64,000 nucleotides of DNA from Eledone cirrhosa (GCA_964016885.1 OZ024741.1:114452001-114516000), one strand, 5' to 3'; shown: positions 27,031-42,022, numbered from the stretch's first letter. The notes: a model not told the origin generated them from the sequence alone. Numbers and translations are program-made.

Positions 27031-30000
27031 ATACTTGGGGAGGGTCATATCTATGTAATAATATTGCCAAAATTAATAACAGAACACACTCATTGTTTGG
27101 TTGGTTTTCGCTTCTGTGTCTTTTATATCGGTTAATTTAATTTATTCAGTCCTCAATGTTACCATTGACTGATCAACGGTCAAAAATACAGATGCAATAT
27201 AGACACAAACACATATATATAGTCTAACAAAGTTCTTTCGTTGCACATCTGCAACATCGTCAGTGGTGCTATTATGTTTCCTCCCGTTGTATTGTATGCT
27301 TACGCCATCTTTATTTAGTCTGTTTATTTATTTATTTATTTGTTTATTTTGTTTTGTCTTCTTTGCGCATGCGTTTGCGTGTGTGTATAGTGTTTTGTAA
27401 TAGACAATAGCAGGAGAGTGAGAAATAGTAATAATAGTAATAATATTAACGATAGACAGAATAACAACAACCACAATAATAATAATAATAGAAACATTAA
27501 CTACAGACACAGCAGCAGCGACCACAGTAGTAATAACGGTAACAATACGAGTAACAACAATAACAACAACAACCACAGTGGTAATAATAGAAATAATATA
27601 TGTAGCAACATTAATGATAGACAACAACAACAAAAACAAGAAACATAATAAAAGTAACAACCACAATGGTAGAAATAACAGTAACAACAACAATAACGGT
27701 GGAGAAAACAACAACAATACATCTAATAATAATAATGCTAATGATAGGATCAACAACAACCACCATAATAACAATAATAGCAACACACAACTACGACGAT
27801 AGATATAATGACAACCCCTTAGAGAAACTATTCTTCAACCCAGCTGACAAAACATATAAGATGGGTAATATCTATACTACGAGGTTACCCTTTAATGAAA
27901 GAGTTTGCATACCACAACAAATAGATGATGAGACAGAGGCACAGTTCACCATAGCTAGAAATAAGATTAGACAAATAGTAGACCGGTATACTAAGAGACA
28001 GAGCAGACCAGAGGTCCAACAACTTGGGAGGAAACCTGTAGAAGGCTTGGTTAGCCTCAAGCAGCGCACAAGGGATGGTGAGGTAGTATGTCTACCCACG
28101 GATAAGTCTGGTAGGATGTCAATAGAGAGCATGCCGAACTACATTAAGGCTATGCAACCCCACATCACCAACATGAGCGAAATTGCACAGCAAATACATG
28201 ATGGGAGAGAGAAAATCCTCAACGCTCACATGATGTGGACCGACATCCTAAAGCCAAGCAGACGCACTGCCAACAACTTCCAGGCGTCTAACAATGACAT
28301 ACCACCCTTGTATGGGCTCCGCAAAGACCACAAGACAGTTGACGACCCGACAACAGGACCACCAACAAGACCCGTATGCGGAGCAAATATATCTAGCAAC
28401 TACAGGATCTCCTACTTCCTCTCAATGGTTATGCACCCCATAATCAAGATGTCGCCAGATGTATGTGACAGTACAGAGGACCTCCAGCAGAATCAGTGCG
28501 TGCAACAAAAACAGGAACCTATCCAACTGCATAATAGGCAGTATGGATGTGGTATCACTGTACCCATCCATTAACATTGATTTTGCTGTGGAAAAATGTG
28601 TGGAGATGATCATTGAGAGTGAGGTGGAGTTCTGCGACGTCAACACAGACGAACTGGGCCTCCTACTTAGACTTACCTACGACACTGACTACCTAGATAA
28701 CCATGACCTTAGATGTTTCTGCCCCAGTAGACCCATAAGAGGTAGACACCCCCACCATAACCTCAATGGCAAAAAAGACTCCCATGCGAAGGTGGATTGG
28801 GTGGACCAAAGCTATACGGACCTCCCAAAACAATGATCAGGTAAGAAAAATGGTCGCACATGCAATAGGGGCTAGTATCAAAACTACCCTAAAGGGCCAC
28901 ATATTCAAATTCAACGAGAAGATCTACACCCAAAATGAGGGAGCAGCCATTGGCGTTAGCATAGCTGGTGACGTTGCCAACCTATTTATGGTATGGTGGG
29001 AAAGGAGACTCAAATATCTCCTTGATGAGAGCTCCATAGACCTCATCATGTACTCTCGTTACGTAGATGACATCAATATAGTAATAAGGACATCCCAACA
29101 AGAGAGCACTAACAAGTTTGATTTAGAACGTAACACAATGGAAAGCATCCAGCAGATAGCTAATTCCATACACCAGAGTATAACTGTAACTATCGACTTC
29201 CCTTCCAAACACCCTAACAATAGACTACCTGTATTAGACACGGAACTCTGGATTAACACTATAGACGAGAGAGCCCAACTTATCCACTCACATTATGCTA
29301 AACCCATGGCCTCCAAATACCTGATACTAAAATCTCAGCAATATCCAGTAGTACTAAGTTTAATATTCTGATCGCAGACTTGGTATGAGTGATGAAGAAT
29401 GTGTCCCGCATGTGCGACCCAACCGAAATGGAAAGACACATCCAATACTTCATCAACCGCATGCAGTTCTCTGGCTACAACCAAAGAGACAGAATCAGAG
29501 TTTACGAAGGAGCCACGGAGGAGTATAAGACCCTCATAGAACTGGACATGAAAGGAATTTGCCCATTATACAGGAGCAAATCATGGAATAGCTTAGATAA
29601 GACTAGACATAAGATAGAGAAAGCCACCTCATGGTACGACAACAAGAGATACCAGAGTGTCATGTTTGTGGACGCTACCCCTGGAGGGAAATTAGCTAAC
29701 CAGTGTAGAAAGGCCCTGAGAAAGATCCACTTAAAGATTACGGTGGTAGAAAAGCCAGGAACCACCATAAAATCCCTGATCAGCAAAACCTACCCTTTTA
29801 AGAAAACCCACTGTACTAATAGGAAATGTATCATATGTAAAGTAAACCCCCGGATAAACTGTAAAACTAGAAACGTAGTCTATAGCATAAGATGTACAGA
29901 GGGTACTTGCAGAAACATTACAACAACATACATAGGCGACACAGCTCGTAACATAGGTGAAAGAATAGACCAACACTGGGGGGAACTAAAAGGACGAAAA

Positions 30001-33000
30001 AACGGTTCAGTACTATACGAACATGCCAGACAACAACACGACAGTAACATAGATAACATGGAAATTAGAATAATATCTAAACATAGAAGTGACCCAGCAG
30101 ATAGGCAAATCAGAGAGGCCAGCGAAATAGAACTTAGAAGGCCAAGGCTAAACAGAAAAAAATGAATGGAATAACAACAACACCCAAACAAACAACACTG
30201 ACCTAAGAGATGTATAAATAAATAAATAAATACATACACAAGCACAATAACAACAAACACATATAAACACACACTAGTAAACTAAGATAGAATACAATAA
30301 CCAATACACAGTCACCCAAACACGAACACACATCAAACAAAACACTATACACACACGCAAACGCATGCGCAGAGAAGACAAAAAAAACCAAAACAAATAA
30401 ATAAATAAATAAACAGACTAAATAAAGATGGCGTAAGCATACAATACAACGGGAAGAAACATAATAGCACCACTGACGATGTTGCAGATGTGCAACGAAA
30501 GAACTTTGTTAGACTATATATATGTGTTTGTGTCTATATTGTATCTGTATTTTTGACCGTTGGTCAGTCAATGGTAACATTGAGGATCGAATAAATTAAA
30601 TTAACCGATATAAAAGACACAAAAGCGAAAACCAACCAAACAGTGAGTGTGTTCTGTTATTAATTCTGGCAATATTATTACATAAATATGACCCTCCCCA
30701 AGTATAACAATATTTGTTTCGACACACGATTTCATAACAAAAACCTCGCAAAACTATATATATATATATATATAATATCATATTACATTATTTATTTATG
30801 TTCATAGGCAGGAGATTGGCAATATCGGTAGAGGGTCGGACGCCATGCTTTGACGCATAGAGTTTCGGCCCTTGCCATTCTGAGTTCAAATCCCGCCAAG
30901 GTTAACTTTGCCTTTCATCCTTACGGGGTCGATAAAATAAAGTACCAGTAATATACTGGATAATTGCTGGCCTTGTGCCAAAAGTAGAAACAATTATTTA
31001 TTTATGTTCATACATGGAACAAAGAGCTACCTAAGGTTACAAGGCCCAATATTGACTATATCTGCAGAATGTAAGAGGGATCAAAATTGTGACCTAATAT
31101 TCAGGTGCTTATACAATGAATTTATAAGATACCGTTAAAAGAAATGCATGATAAAAACGATAGTTTATGAAAAAAGTATTATAATAAAGAGAAATAACTC
31201 CAACATGCTAATTTGAAATAGCAAAATCGTACAAGTGTTAGAGTTCAAAGGCTATAGTAGAAGTATAGTATTATGTGGTGGTATGTAATATAAAGATAGA
31301 ATATTTATTAAGGTATGGAGTAGAATAGTATAGAAGGTGTACTGTATTATGTAAGTGTGGAAAAAGAAAGAAAAAAAGTTATTACGTTAATATATAAATC
31401 AAATTAAGGTGGCTGAAAATCATTTGTTGAGTATTTCCACTTAGGAAGCAGTTAGCTTTTGAGATGGAGGCATCCTCTAAATATTTCGCTCTTTGAGTTC
31501 AAATAATTATTGTTTGGAGATGACAAACCTTGTAATGTTATGAATTTGCATCTTGGAGTAATTTCTCTTTCTTATAATACATTTTTCGTAAACTAGAGTT
31601 TCTAGCATGCATTACTTTTAATGGTATCTTATAAACTTGTATAAGATTTGGTCACAATTTTGATCCCTCCAAATATAATTAATCCTAGCAAGGATATAAA
31701 GTTTTGATAATATGGATTTTAATAATAAAGTACACAGTGCCACTACCTCTGAAGGCAACAAAGGGATTGTATCTCTGAACAAAAGGTAGATTGTATGATG
31801 CTTGAATATGAAGAGCAATGTGGCATATTAATGAGATATGGCCACTGAATGCAGGTGATGTGCAAAAGCTAGGAAGAAATAAGGTGAGTATACTCCATTG
31901 AAAGTCTAATGTTAATGCATGAATGACTAAACATGGATGAGCAGAAAACATTTTTTTTCTTGTCCCTCTTCATAAAATAATTCTTAATTTTATATATATT
32001 ATATACACACACATAAACACTAACATACAATTATCTAATTAAAGTGAAGGCAGTTAACCCTTTAGCATTTAAATCGACCAGAATTCTCTCACCTCATTCT
32101 GTTCAAACTGGCTGTAACCAGCTGCTCATAATGATGTTCAGGTATTGTTCTCAAAATAAATAATTTCAAAATCTCATAGATTCAATATTACTGCGAAAAC
32201 ATAATAGTAAATATAGAGTAATGAAAATGCTAAAGGGTTAAACAAAAACTGAACTTACCTGCAGAATATGAATAAGAAGCAATCTGTGGGTAAAAAGGGT
32301 TAATAAATTCTGTGTTTTTATCATTGAATCCATCCCAGTGGAAAATAATGTTCTCAGAAGTAGTAAGAAAACCATTATATGAGTTATCAACTATGACTTT
32401 CCCTGCCAATGGTGGGTTACCATCTACTAAGAAGCCATCACCACATGACCCATATGGTTGGAAAATGTCTGGTGTTAATATCTTCTCTCCTTTAGCACAT
32501 ATGTAATATATTTTATTGGGTGACAAGTTTTTAATATCAAATATTATTGATTTCATGGTTCTTCTCAAAGTTTTCAAACAGTTGATGGTACTGGAACATT
32601 GATCTTCAGGTGGTTCTGCAACAGACATCAGGTACCAGTCAGAAACAATGATATTTGGCTTGGTGACAATGGCACCAACTTTGTCATTGATATATGAAAT
32701 GAAGTCTGTTTCATTGTGACTGCAGAACTGACTGATAACTTTGTGGTCAGTTACAGACAATAGACCAAAAGAAGTAGCAAAGTCAGCCCTGAATTCACAG
32801 ATCTCAAGATTGGTATTGTTAGTTTGACTATTGACCAGAAGTGGAACTTTGGTTTCTGTGGACAACCCAGACAAACAATAAGTTGTCAGAGTTATGGTTT
32901 CGGTCCCCTCTAAGGTATGGTTGAATATAATTTGGTCCTGAAAGAAAGAGAAGAAATAGTAATAATGGGGCTGATAATAATTGTTTCTACATTTGGCACA

Positions 33001-36000
33001 AGGCCAGCAATTATCCAGTACTTTATTTTATTGACCCCGTAAGGATCAAAAGCAAAGTTAACCTCGACGGGATTTGAACTCAGACTGTAAAGGGATATAA
33101 CTATGCTGGAAAGCATGGCGTCCGACCCTCTACCAATACTGCCAATTCGTAATAATGATCGTGATGATGATGATGATTATGATGAGTATGTATGATGATA
33201 ATGTCTATGTTGGTGATAATGATGATAATTAAATAGAAATTCTACTGATTTACATTAAATTCAATTTATTATGTAAAACAAATACATAAGAATGAATAGC
33301 ACATTTCCATTCCACTGCATTGTCAAAAAATGTCCCCTAACTCTGACTATAGGCGTTCTCTCCCTTGCTTACTACACTAAATTTGAAGTGTAGAAATTGC
33401 AAAAATAGTCTCAGATGATTAAAGCTTTTCCACCTGAAATAGTTAGAATGCAATAAAACTTTACATGCAATAAAAAAAGAAAAAAACAAATAAACAAAAA
33501 AAAACAGCTGATCATCCGATTTGTCTAAGAAAACTATGTTTCCATTGATCTTTGAACACAGAATACAACTGGATCAGATACCAAATGATTTATGATGCTG
33601 TCAATCCACCACTATTGGATTGCTACTTTTTTTGAAAGGATGAAAAGAAAACTTGACTCTTGTGGGACTTGAACTCATATGTAATAATAATAATAATTGT
33701 TTCTACAGCAATTACCCAGTGCATTACTGGTACTTTATTTTATGGACTCCTTAAGGATGAAAGGCAAAGTTAACCTCGGCGTGATTTGAACTCAGAATGG
33801 CAAGGGTCGTAACTCTATGCGTCAAAGCATGGCATCCGACCCTCTACCGATACTGCCAAATAATAATAATAATAATAATGGTTTCTTTATTAACCACAAG
33901 GGTTTACACAAAGTAGACATTAAGGACAGTACAGGACAATACAGGGCGGTACAAATGGGAATTTCTGCATGTAAAAAAACAAAAAAAAATCAGAGGATGT
34001 AACAAAAAAAAAAAGAACAATGAAAAATTCCCCAATAGTGAGGAGACTTCCAAGGGCAATCGTGGAGAAAGCCCATTAAAAAAAAGCCATGGCGACCCTG
34101 ACCACCAGGGCAAGTGCCCTCTCCCAGTTTTCCACCTTCAATTTATAGGCGTATACGCAGAGTAGGTCCATTCACTCGGGCCATTCTTGCCTCTCTCACC
34201 CATCTTTCAACAAAATGCTGGGAAGAGAGCACTTCCCTTTCTACCCTGATTTTCTTTTTCAAATGAAATTTGAAAAAGTTAATTAGGGCATCACTGAAGA
34301 GGTAAGTGCTCGTCTTCAGCCCTTTCAGACGTGTCCACCATACTATCTCTTTTACCATGGCCACCAGACAGATAAAAACTGCCTGCCCTTCTCAGCTAAA
34401 GAAAGGAGAGTGGGGCAATCCTCACGATGGACTCAACTGATAGCCAGATCTGTTCTACACGCGACAGCAGGTGTTCGACATAAACCCACAAGTCAGCAAT
34501 GCTCGGACACTGGACGAGTGCATGCAGGATGGTTTCGTCGCCCTGCGCGCATCTCGGACATGCCCGGCTGACGGCACTTCCGCGCCTATAGAGTTTATCC
34601 TGAACTGGCAAAGCTCCTCGGTAGCACTGCCAGGCTAGGGATTTCTGGAAATTGTCCATAGGCCCCAGCCTGAAAGTCCTTCCAAAGAGATTGGCTAGTT
34701 GATTTTCGTCAACGCCTAGAGTTTCCCCAAGTACGTCGTTGCTCTTCCCCTCCACTAATCCCCTATAGAACGCCAAGGTGGAGTTTCCACCGATCACATT
34801 GCCCAACTGGTCGAGGGCCGTGAGCGCCTGAAGACATTCCAGTCTCCAAGCGTTCCCTCTCGGTCTTCACTTGACCCAGGACTGCAGCTCCGTCAAGGAG
34901 ACGAGCTGGGGAAAGACGCGTCTAGCAAACAGCCCCACACCTGATCACCGTCGAGGAAGAGGTGGAGATGTCGTAGCCTGAGCACGTGTCTGCGCATCAT
35001 CAGTCACGGCATGGCCAGCCCTCCACGTAACGGGTGTTGACAGCAGATGGACTGCCTGACCATCGGAGCACGTCCCTTCCACAAAAAGCCAAAGAGCAAA
35101 CGCTCCAGTGCAGTCAGGCGAGGCTTAGGACAAGGCACGACGGTCAGCCGGTAGTAGATGATGGACGCGATGTACGCGTCAGCAACCTCCGCTGAACCTT
35201 TCAGGGATAGCTTACTCTCTGCCTATTTCTGGGTGAGAGAAGCCACCCTGCTCGTCACCTCATCCCAGTTTTTGTCGATCTGGAGGTCCGGACCGAACCA
35301 GACCCCTAGTTATTTAACAGGTCCGCCCGTCCAGCGCCCGACGACATGTTGGACGGCATGGACCTTCCTCTCCAGGTGCCGAGCTGCAGGCCCACCGACT
35401 TTTCCTGGTTGATCATTGCTCCTGTCACCACTTCGTATTCTCTTAGTGTAGTGTCGATCGCCTCGATGTGTTTGGCGTTCGACACCACTACGGTGACATC
35501 GTCCGCATATGCTGACACGGATCTTCCGCATCCTAGTTCACGCGAGACCCACCTCAACGTCTCCAGCTTGTGCAGTAATGGCTCTAGAGTCAATACTTAC
35601 AAGAGGGACAAGAGGGGACATCCTTGGCGGACCGAGCGCATGAAGTTGAATGGTTCCGAAAGGTAACCGTTCACTCTCACCACAGAGCAGATGTCGCTGT
35701 GCATGGCAGCGATCCAGCCTCTGAAGCCAGCCGCCCTCAGGACTGCCGCCAGATAACGATGGTCGACTCTATCGAAAGTTTTCGACTGATCTAAATTGAT
35801 CAAGGACCCACACGTGCCAGGTTCCCTAGCTACCCTCTCCACCATGTATCGCATGAGGTGGAGGTTGTCGTGAATGGATCTGTTTGGTATGGCGCATGTC
35901 TGCGCCTCTCCCACCAGACCACCAATGACAAGGGCCAACCTCTTTGCTAGCACCTTGGCCAACATCTTCAACTCTGTGTTTAGAAGAGTTATGGGCCTGA

Positions 36001-39000
36001 AATTATGTATGTTTATCACCCTTGTTCGGATCCTTTCTCAGCAGCGCCACAGCTCCTCGGCTCTCAGAGCTGGGAATTCTCCCGTTCTGTTGCCAGTTGC
36101 AGTAGACGTCCGCCAAGCGGCCCCTGAACAAGTCTGGCATCTGTACGTAAAGTTCATAGGGCAGACCATCCAAACCAGGCGATTTATTCCTTGTGCAGCC
36201 AGTGATTGCCTCCCGTACTTTAGCTGGGAATAGAACACTTCCCTCTCTACCCTGATTTTCCTTTTCAAATGAAATTTGAAAAAGTTAATCAGGGCATCAC
36301 CGAAGAGGTAAGTGCTCGTCTTCAGCCCTTTCAAACGTGTCCACCATACTATCTCTTTCGCCATGGCCACCAGACAGATAAAAACTGCCTGCCCTTCCCG
36401 GCTAAAGGAAGAGGGCGGGGAAATCCTCACGATGGACTCAGCTGATAGTTGGATCCGTCCTACACGTGACAGCAGGTGTTTGACATAAACCCACAAGTCA
36501 GCAATGCTTGGACACTGGACGAGTGCATGCAGGACGGCTTCGTTGCCCTGCGCGCATCTCGGACATACCCGGCTGACGGCACCTCCATCCCGAACTGGCA
36601 AAGCTCCTCGGTAGCATTGCCAGGCCAGGGATTTCTGGAAGTTGTCCATAGGCCCCGGCCCGGAAGTTCTTCCGAAGAGATTGGCTAGTTGATTTTCTTT
36701 GATGCCTTGAGTTTCCCCAAGTACGTCGCTGCTCTTCCCCTCCACTAATCCTCTATAGAACGCCAAGGTGGAGTTTCCACCGATCACATTGCCTGATTGG
36801 TCGAGGGCTGTGAGTGCCTGAAGACATTCCAGTCTCCAAGCGCTCCCTCTCGGTTTTCGCTTGACCCAGGACTGCAGCTCCGTCAAGGAGACGAGCTAGG
36901 TAAAGACGCGTCTAGCAAACGGTGACCACACTTGATCACCGTCGAGGAAGAGGTGGAGATGTCGTAGCCTGAGCGCGTGTCTGCGCATCATTAGCCACGG
37001 CATGCCCAACCCTCCACGTAGCGAGTGTTGACAGCAGATGGACCGCCTGACCATCGGAGCGCGGCCCTTCCACAAAAAGCGAAAGAGCAAACGCTCCAGC
37101 GCAGACGGGCGGGGCTTAGGACAAGGTACGACGGTCAGGCGGTAGTAGATGATGGACGCGATGTACGCGTTAGCCACCTCCGCTCAACCTTTCAGGGATA
37201 GCTTCCTCTCGGCCCATTTCTGGATGAGAGAAGCCCCCCTGCTCATCACCTCGTCCCAGTTTTTGTCCGTCTGGAGGTCCGGACCGAACCAGACCCCTAG
37301 CAATTTAACCGGTCCGTCCGTCCAGCGCCCGACGACGCTGTTGGACGGCATGGAACTTCCTCTCCAGGTGCCGAGCTGCAGGCCCACTGACTTTTCCTGG
37401 TTTATCATTGCGCCTGTCACCGCTTCGTATTCTGTTAGTGTTGTGCCGATCGCCTCGATGTATTTGGCGTTCGACACCACTACGGTGACATCGTCCGCAT
37501 ATGCTGACACGGATCTTCCGCATCCTAGTTCGCGCGGGACCCCCCTCAATGTCTCCAGTTTGTGCAGTAATGGGTCGAGAGTCAATACGTACAAGAGGGA
37601 TGAGAGGGGACATCTTTGGCATAATAATTGTTTCTAGTTTTGGCACAAGGCCAACAATTATCCCAGTGTATTACTGGTACTTTATTTTATCAAACCCGTA
37701 AGGATGAAAGGCAAAGTTAACCTCGGCAGGATTTGAACTCAGACCATAAAGGGCCGTATCTCTTTGCTGCAAAGCATGGCGTCCGACCCCCTACCGGTAC
37801 TGCCAAGAACAAAAAATCAGTGTTGCATCATATACATGTTTAATCACATATTACATGTTTCACTGCTGATCTGCTCGAGGAACAATCGATTATGTTCGTT
37901 CCTGACTCTGGAATCGAAAGCTCCTCAGATATGTGCTTTCACATGTACACTGACATCAAATATACATATATGTGTGTGTACTTTTGTGTGTCCATGCCTG
38001 TGTTTATGTTTACTGTTTGTTAATGTCTTCTAGCTTAGTGGTTTGGCAAATAGAGATTGATAAAATAACTACTAGACTTGGAAAAAGAAAAGCAAGCACT
38101 AGGCTCAATATGATCAACTAATTCACTTGAAGGTGGTGCCCCAGCATGGCCAAAGTCTAATGATTGAAACCAGTAAAAGAATATATCAGCATTTAGCACT
38201 TACCTTAAATACTTTTTGATTTTTAGGATTCATAATAAAGCGAGCAGGGTGAAGCAAAGATTGGTTTTTGTAAAAGGCATTCAGTTGAAATACTATAGGT
38301 TCTGTAACATAGTTGCCAGATATGCAGAGAAAACTTTCCCAATCGACTTTAATCAAAGAACCATTTCCAGAGGTCAATAGATGAGCTTGAAACTTTCCTT
38401 TAATTGGATTTTTATCAAGGACTATGGCCCCAGCTGACAAAACTGATTCTGTACAGCCAGCCTCCCCTGCACAGGCTTGTATTGAAAAGCTATATTTATG
38501 GCCACTTATTAAGTTCAAGTTCCTTTGGATAACATGAAACACTTTCTTCAAATGATGAGGATTCATCACTGAACATATTTTCCCGCCATTATTCAGACAC
38601 ATTCTGTCAACCAAGCTTAGTTTAAAGTGGGTCACATATTGTGAATAAGGTCCCTTTATTTCCCAGTTAGCTGTCATTTGGTGTTTTGATGTTTGGACAT
38701 TGACACTGATTGGACACAATCTCAATATTGGTTGAGGAATCTTGTTTCTGTTAGACAGTCCTGATCTGAATGCTATATGTAGTGTGGGCCTTGGATTAAG
38801 AGCAATGAAAGATCGGTACATTGTGTTATTGAAATGAACTGATTGATATGGCATAGTTTTGACCATATCACTGCTCATATTGAAATGTCCAGCAGTTTCT
38901 TTAAAGCCTATCATGTACAGATGTCCTACAACAGCATCCTGCAAGAACTCAGCCACAAACGTTTTGGTGCTGGTGTTATAATGGAATGATATTTTAATGG

Positions 39001-41964
39001 ACTCATTGTGTGAGCATCCATTCTGTCCATTGAAAATACTCATCTGCTTCTTAATTTTCTGTTGGTCAATGATAATAAATCCATCGGATGCAACAAGACG
39101 GGTCCGTGTTTGCAGTGTCATATTCACAATTGTGAAATATTTCTGGAAACTTCTAATGCCAGGATTGGATATACAGTGGCGCCTCCTATTGGTTACTGGT
39201 TGAAATGGCACCACATCTGCAGTGAATCTATTTGAACCAATTCCAATAAGCAAGTCCATACTGGGATGGAAATCTTCCAAACATATACAAGCTGAATTGA
39301 GGGTGCTGTGCATATGGATTAGTCTGTTTGATTTAGAAGCTGGATTTAAGTCTATGACTCTACCATGGTTGAATGGATGTTTCATTGGTAGCTGGAAGAA
39401 GGGAGAAGTTATTGTTGTGAAGAGACCAGCCATGTTAAAAATGTGAAGTTCAAAGAAATATGAAAGAGAAGTTTCTGGTTCTGCAATGCCAAGTTTATCA
39501 ATATTTAGCTTTATACAAGGAAGTCCTTCACTACATAAACTATGTCCAGGTGCATTTCTCCAAGGTGTCACAGCTTTTCCAGTTAAACTGTTTTCTGTGA
39601 AAATATAAAATATTATTATAAATTATTATTATAAATTATTATTAGGGTGGCTGATGGTTTGTTATGATGCATTTTTCTCAACACCATAGATAATTGATGG
39701 TACTTTTTTGAGTGTTTGAGAAAGCAAGCAACAATGTATCCTATACACACATACACACACACATGGACACAAGCACATACAGATAATATTAATAGATTCA
39801 AAAGGTCTATATACAATAATTACATATAGTCAGTAAAACCAATTATAGTATTTATAGGTTATACTTGTACAAATATACGCACATTTAAAGACTGAATTGA
39901 ATACAAAATATAACAAGAACAACAACAACAACAATAACAACAACAATAAAAATGCTTTCTTTATTAGCCACACAGAGCTCATATTAAGGAGACATTAAAG
40001 ACAGTACTGGGCGATGCAGTGTGGTTTTTTGTGTAAAATAGAATTTATAACAGGGATTAAGAAAATAAATATAAAAAAAAAAAATATAACAAATTCCCCA
40101 AAGGTGAGGAGACTCCAAGGGTTACTCGTGGAGAAAGCCCACAAAAGCCACAGTCACCCTCACCACTAGGGCAAGTGCCCTCTCCCAGTTGTCCTCCTTC
40201 AATACTACAGGCACATGTTCAGGGCAGGCCCATTCACACAGGCCATTCTTGCCTTTCTCACCCACCTTTCAATAAACTGACTGAAAAGCAGCACTTCCCT
40301 CTCCATCCTGATTTTCCTTTTCAGGTGAAACCTAAAAAAGTTAATGAGAGTGTCGCCAAAGAGGAAAGTGCTCATATTCAACCCTTTCAGATGCATCCAC
40401 CATATAACCTCTTTCGCCATGGTCACCAGACAGATAAAACTGCCTGCCCTTCCTGGTTAAAGGAGGGTGGCGGGGCAATCTTCATGATTGATTCAGCTGA
40501 TAGCCAGATCCATCTTACATGCAACAGTAGATATTCGACATAAACCCACAAGTCAGCAATACTTGGACACTGGATGAGTGTGTGCAGGACGGTCTTGTTG
40601 CCCTGTGCACATCTCAGACAGGCCCGGCTGATGGCACTTCCATGACTGTAAAGTTTATCTGAAACTGGCAATGCTCCCTGGCTGCACTGCCAGGCCAGGA
40701 ATTTCTGGAAGTTATCTATTGGCCCTGGACAAAAAGTCCTCCCAAAGAGAATAGCTAGTTGGCTTTCATCAAAACCCAGAGTTTCTCTGAGGATGTTGTT
40801 GCTCTTGCCCTCCACTAACCTTCTATAGAAAGACAATGTGGAGTTTCCCCTGATCACAAAGCCCGATTGGCAAATGGCAGTGAGCGCTTGGAGACATTTC
40901 AGTTTCCAAGCACTCCCTCTCAGTCTCTGCTTGACCTAGGACTGCAGCTCCATCAATAATAATAATAATAATAATAATGATAATAATAATAATAATAATT
41001 GTGACTGACAGTAAGGAGCCGATGCACAAAATTGTACTGAAGAAGACAATAGACCAGGGGATGTCCAAGGAGGAAATAACAACAAGGAGGAAGAGCAACC
41101 TTCATGAAAAATCCCTTCATAGTACCTTCTTTAAGAAAACTGAATTTAGAGATCCACAGACATGGAGCTGGTTAAAAAGAGGAGACCTTAAAAAAGCTAC
41201 AGAAGGAATGCTAATGGCTGCACAAGAGCAAGCCCTCAGAACGAAGTGGGTGAAACACTATATTGACAAGGAGGAGGCTAGCTCACTGTGTAGGATCTGT
41301 GGAGAGAGAGAGAGGAGACTGGCTCACATTGTATCTGAGTGTAAATACCTAGCCCAGACTCACTATAAAGGCTGGAGACATGATGTGATAGGCAGGGGGA
41401 TCCACTGGCACCTATGCAAAGTAAACAATTTACCCCATTCTGAGAAATGGTATGAGCATAAGCCAGAGTCGGTGATAGAAAACGATCAGGTGAAGGTGCT
41501 ATGGGATTTTAGGATACAGACGGACAAGAAATTAGAACACAATAGGCCTGACCTGGTGGTTTTGGACAAGGAAAAAAGATCGTGCCTGATTGCAGATGTA
41601 GCCTGCCCATTTGAGAGTGCAAGAAAATGAGCTTGAAATCCACAAGAGTGCAAGAAAAGGAGAGGGAGAAAATTAACCGATACCAGGACTTAAAGTGGGA
41701 GTTAAAAAGGATTTGGAGCTGCCATGAAATCAAGGTCGTCCCGATTGTCATAGGCGCACTAGGTACTATCTCAAAGAGTTTCCAAGGATGGTTAAAGAAG
41801 ATTAGTCCAGCCCCACTTCTTGGAACACTTCAAAAGGTATGCTTGCTTGGAACAGCAAGAACCCTCCGATACGTCCTGAATATCTGAGGCTGTAGGTAGC
41901 GGCTTGATATTCATTTCAACACACTTTCCAGTTAAATAACATCAATGACTGAGACTCAAAGAAT

Positions 41965-42022
<58 letters not shown>

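Noticed and set aside
27026-30710. Cut-and-paste DNA transposon suggested by long inverted repeats
   Set aside because: The internal ORF is Penelope RT + GIY-YIG, so the repeats are inverted pLTRs.
30808-30900. tRNA genes suggested by GTTCAAATCC boxes
   Set aside because: No cloverleaf; every case continues into a SINE body and tail.
33290-33433. Possible extra exon after atttcag
   Set aside because: Immediate TAA in phase 0; exons 38204 and 32937 join directly.
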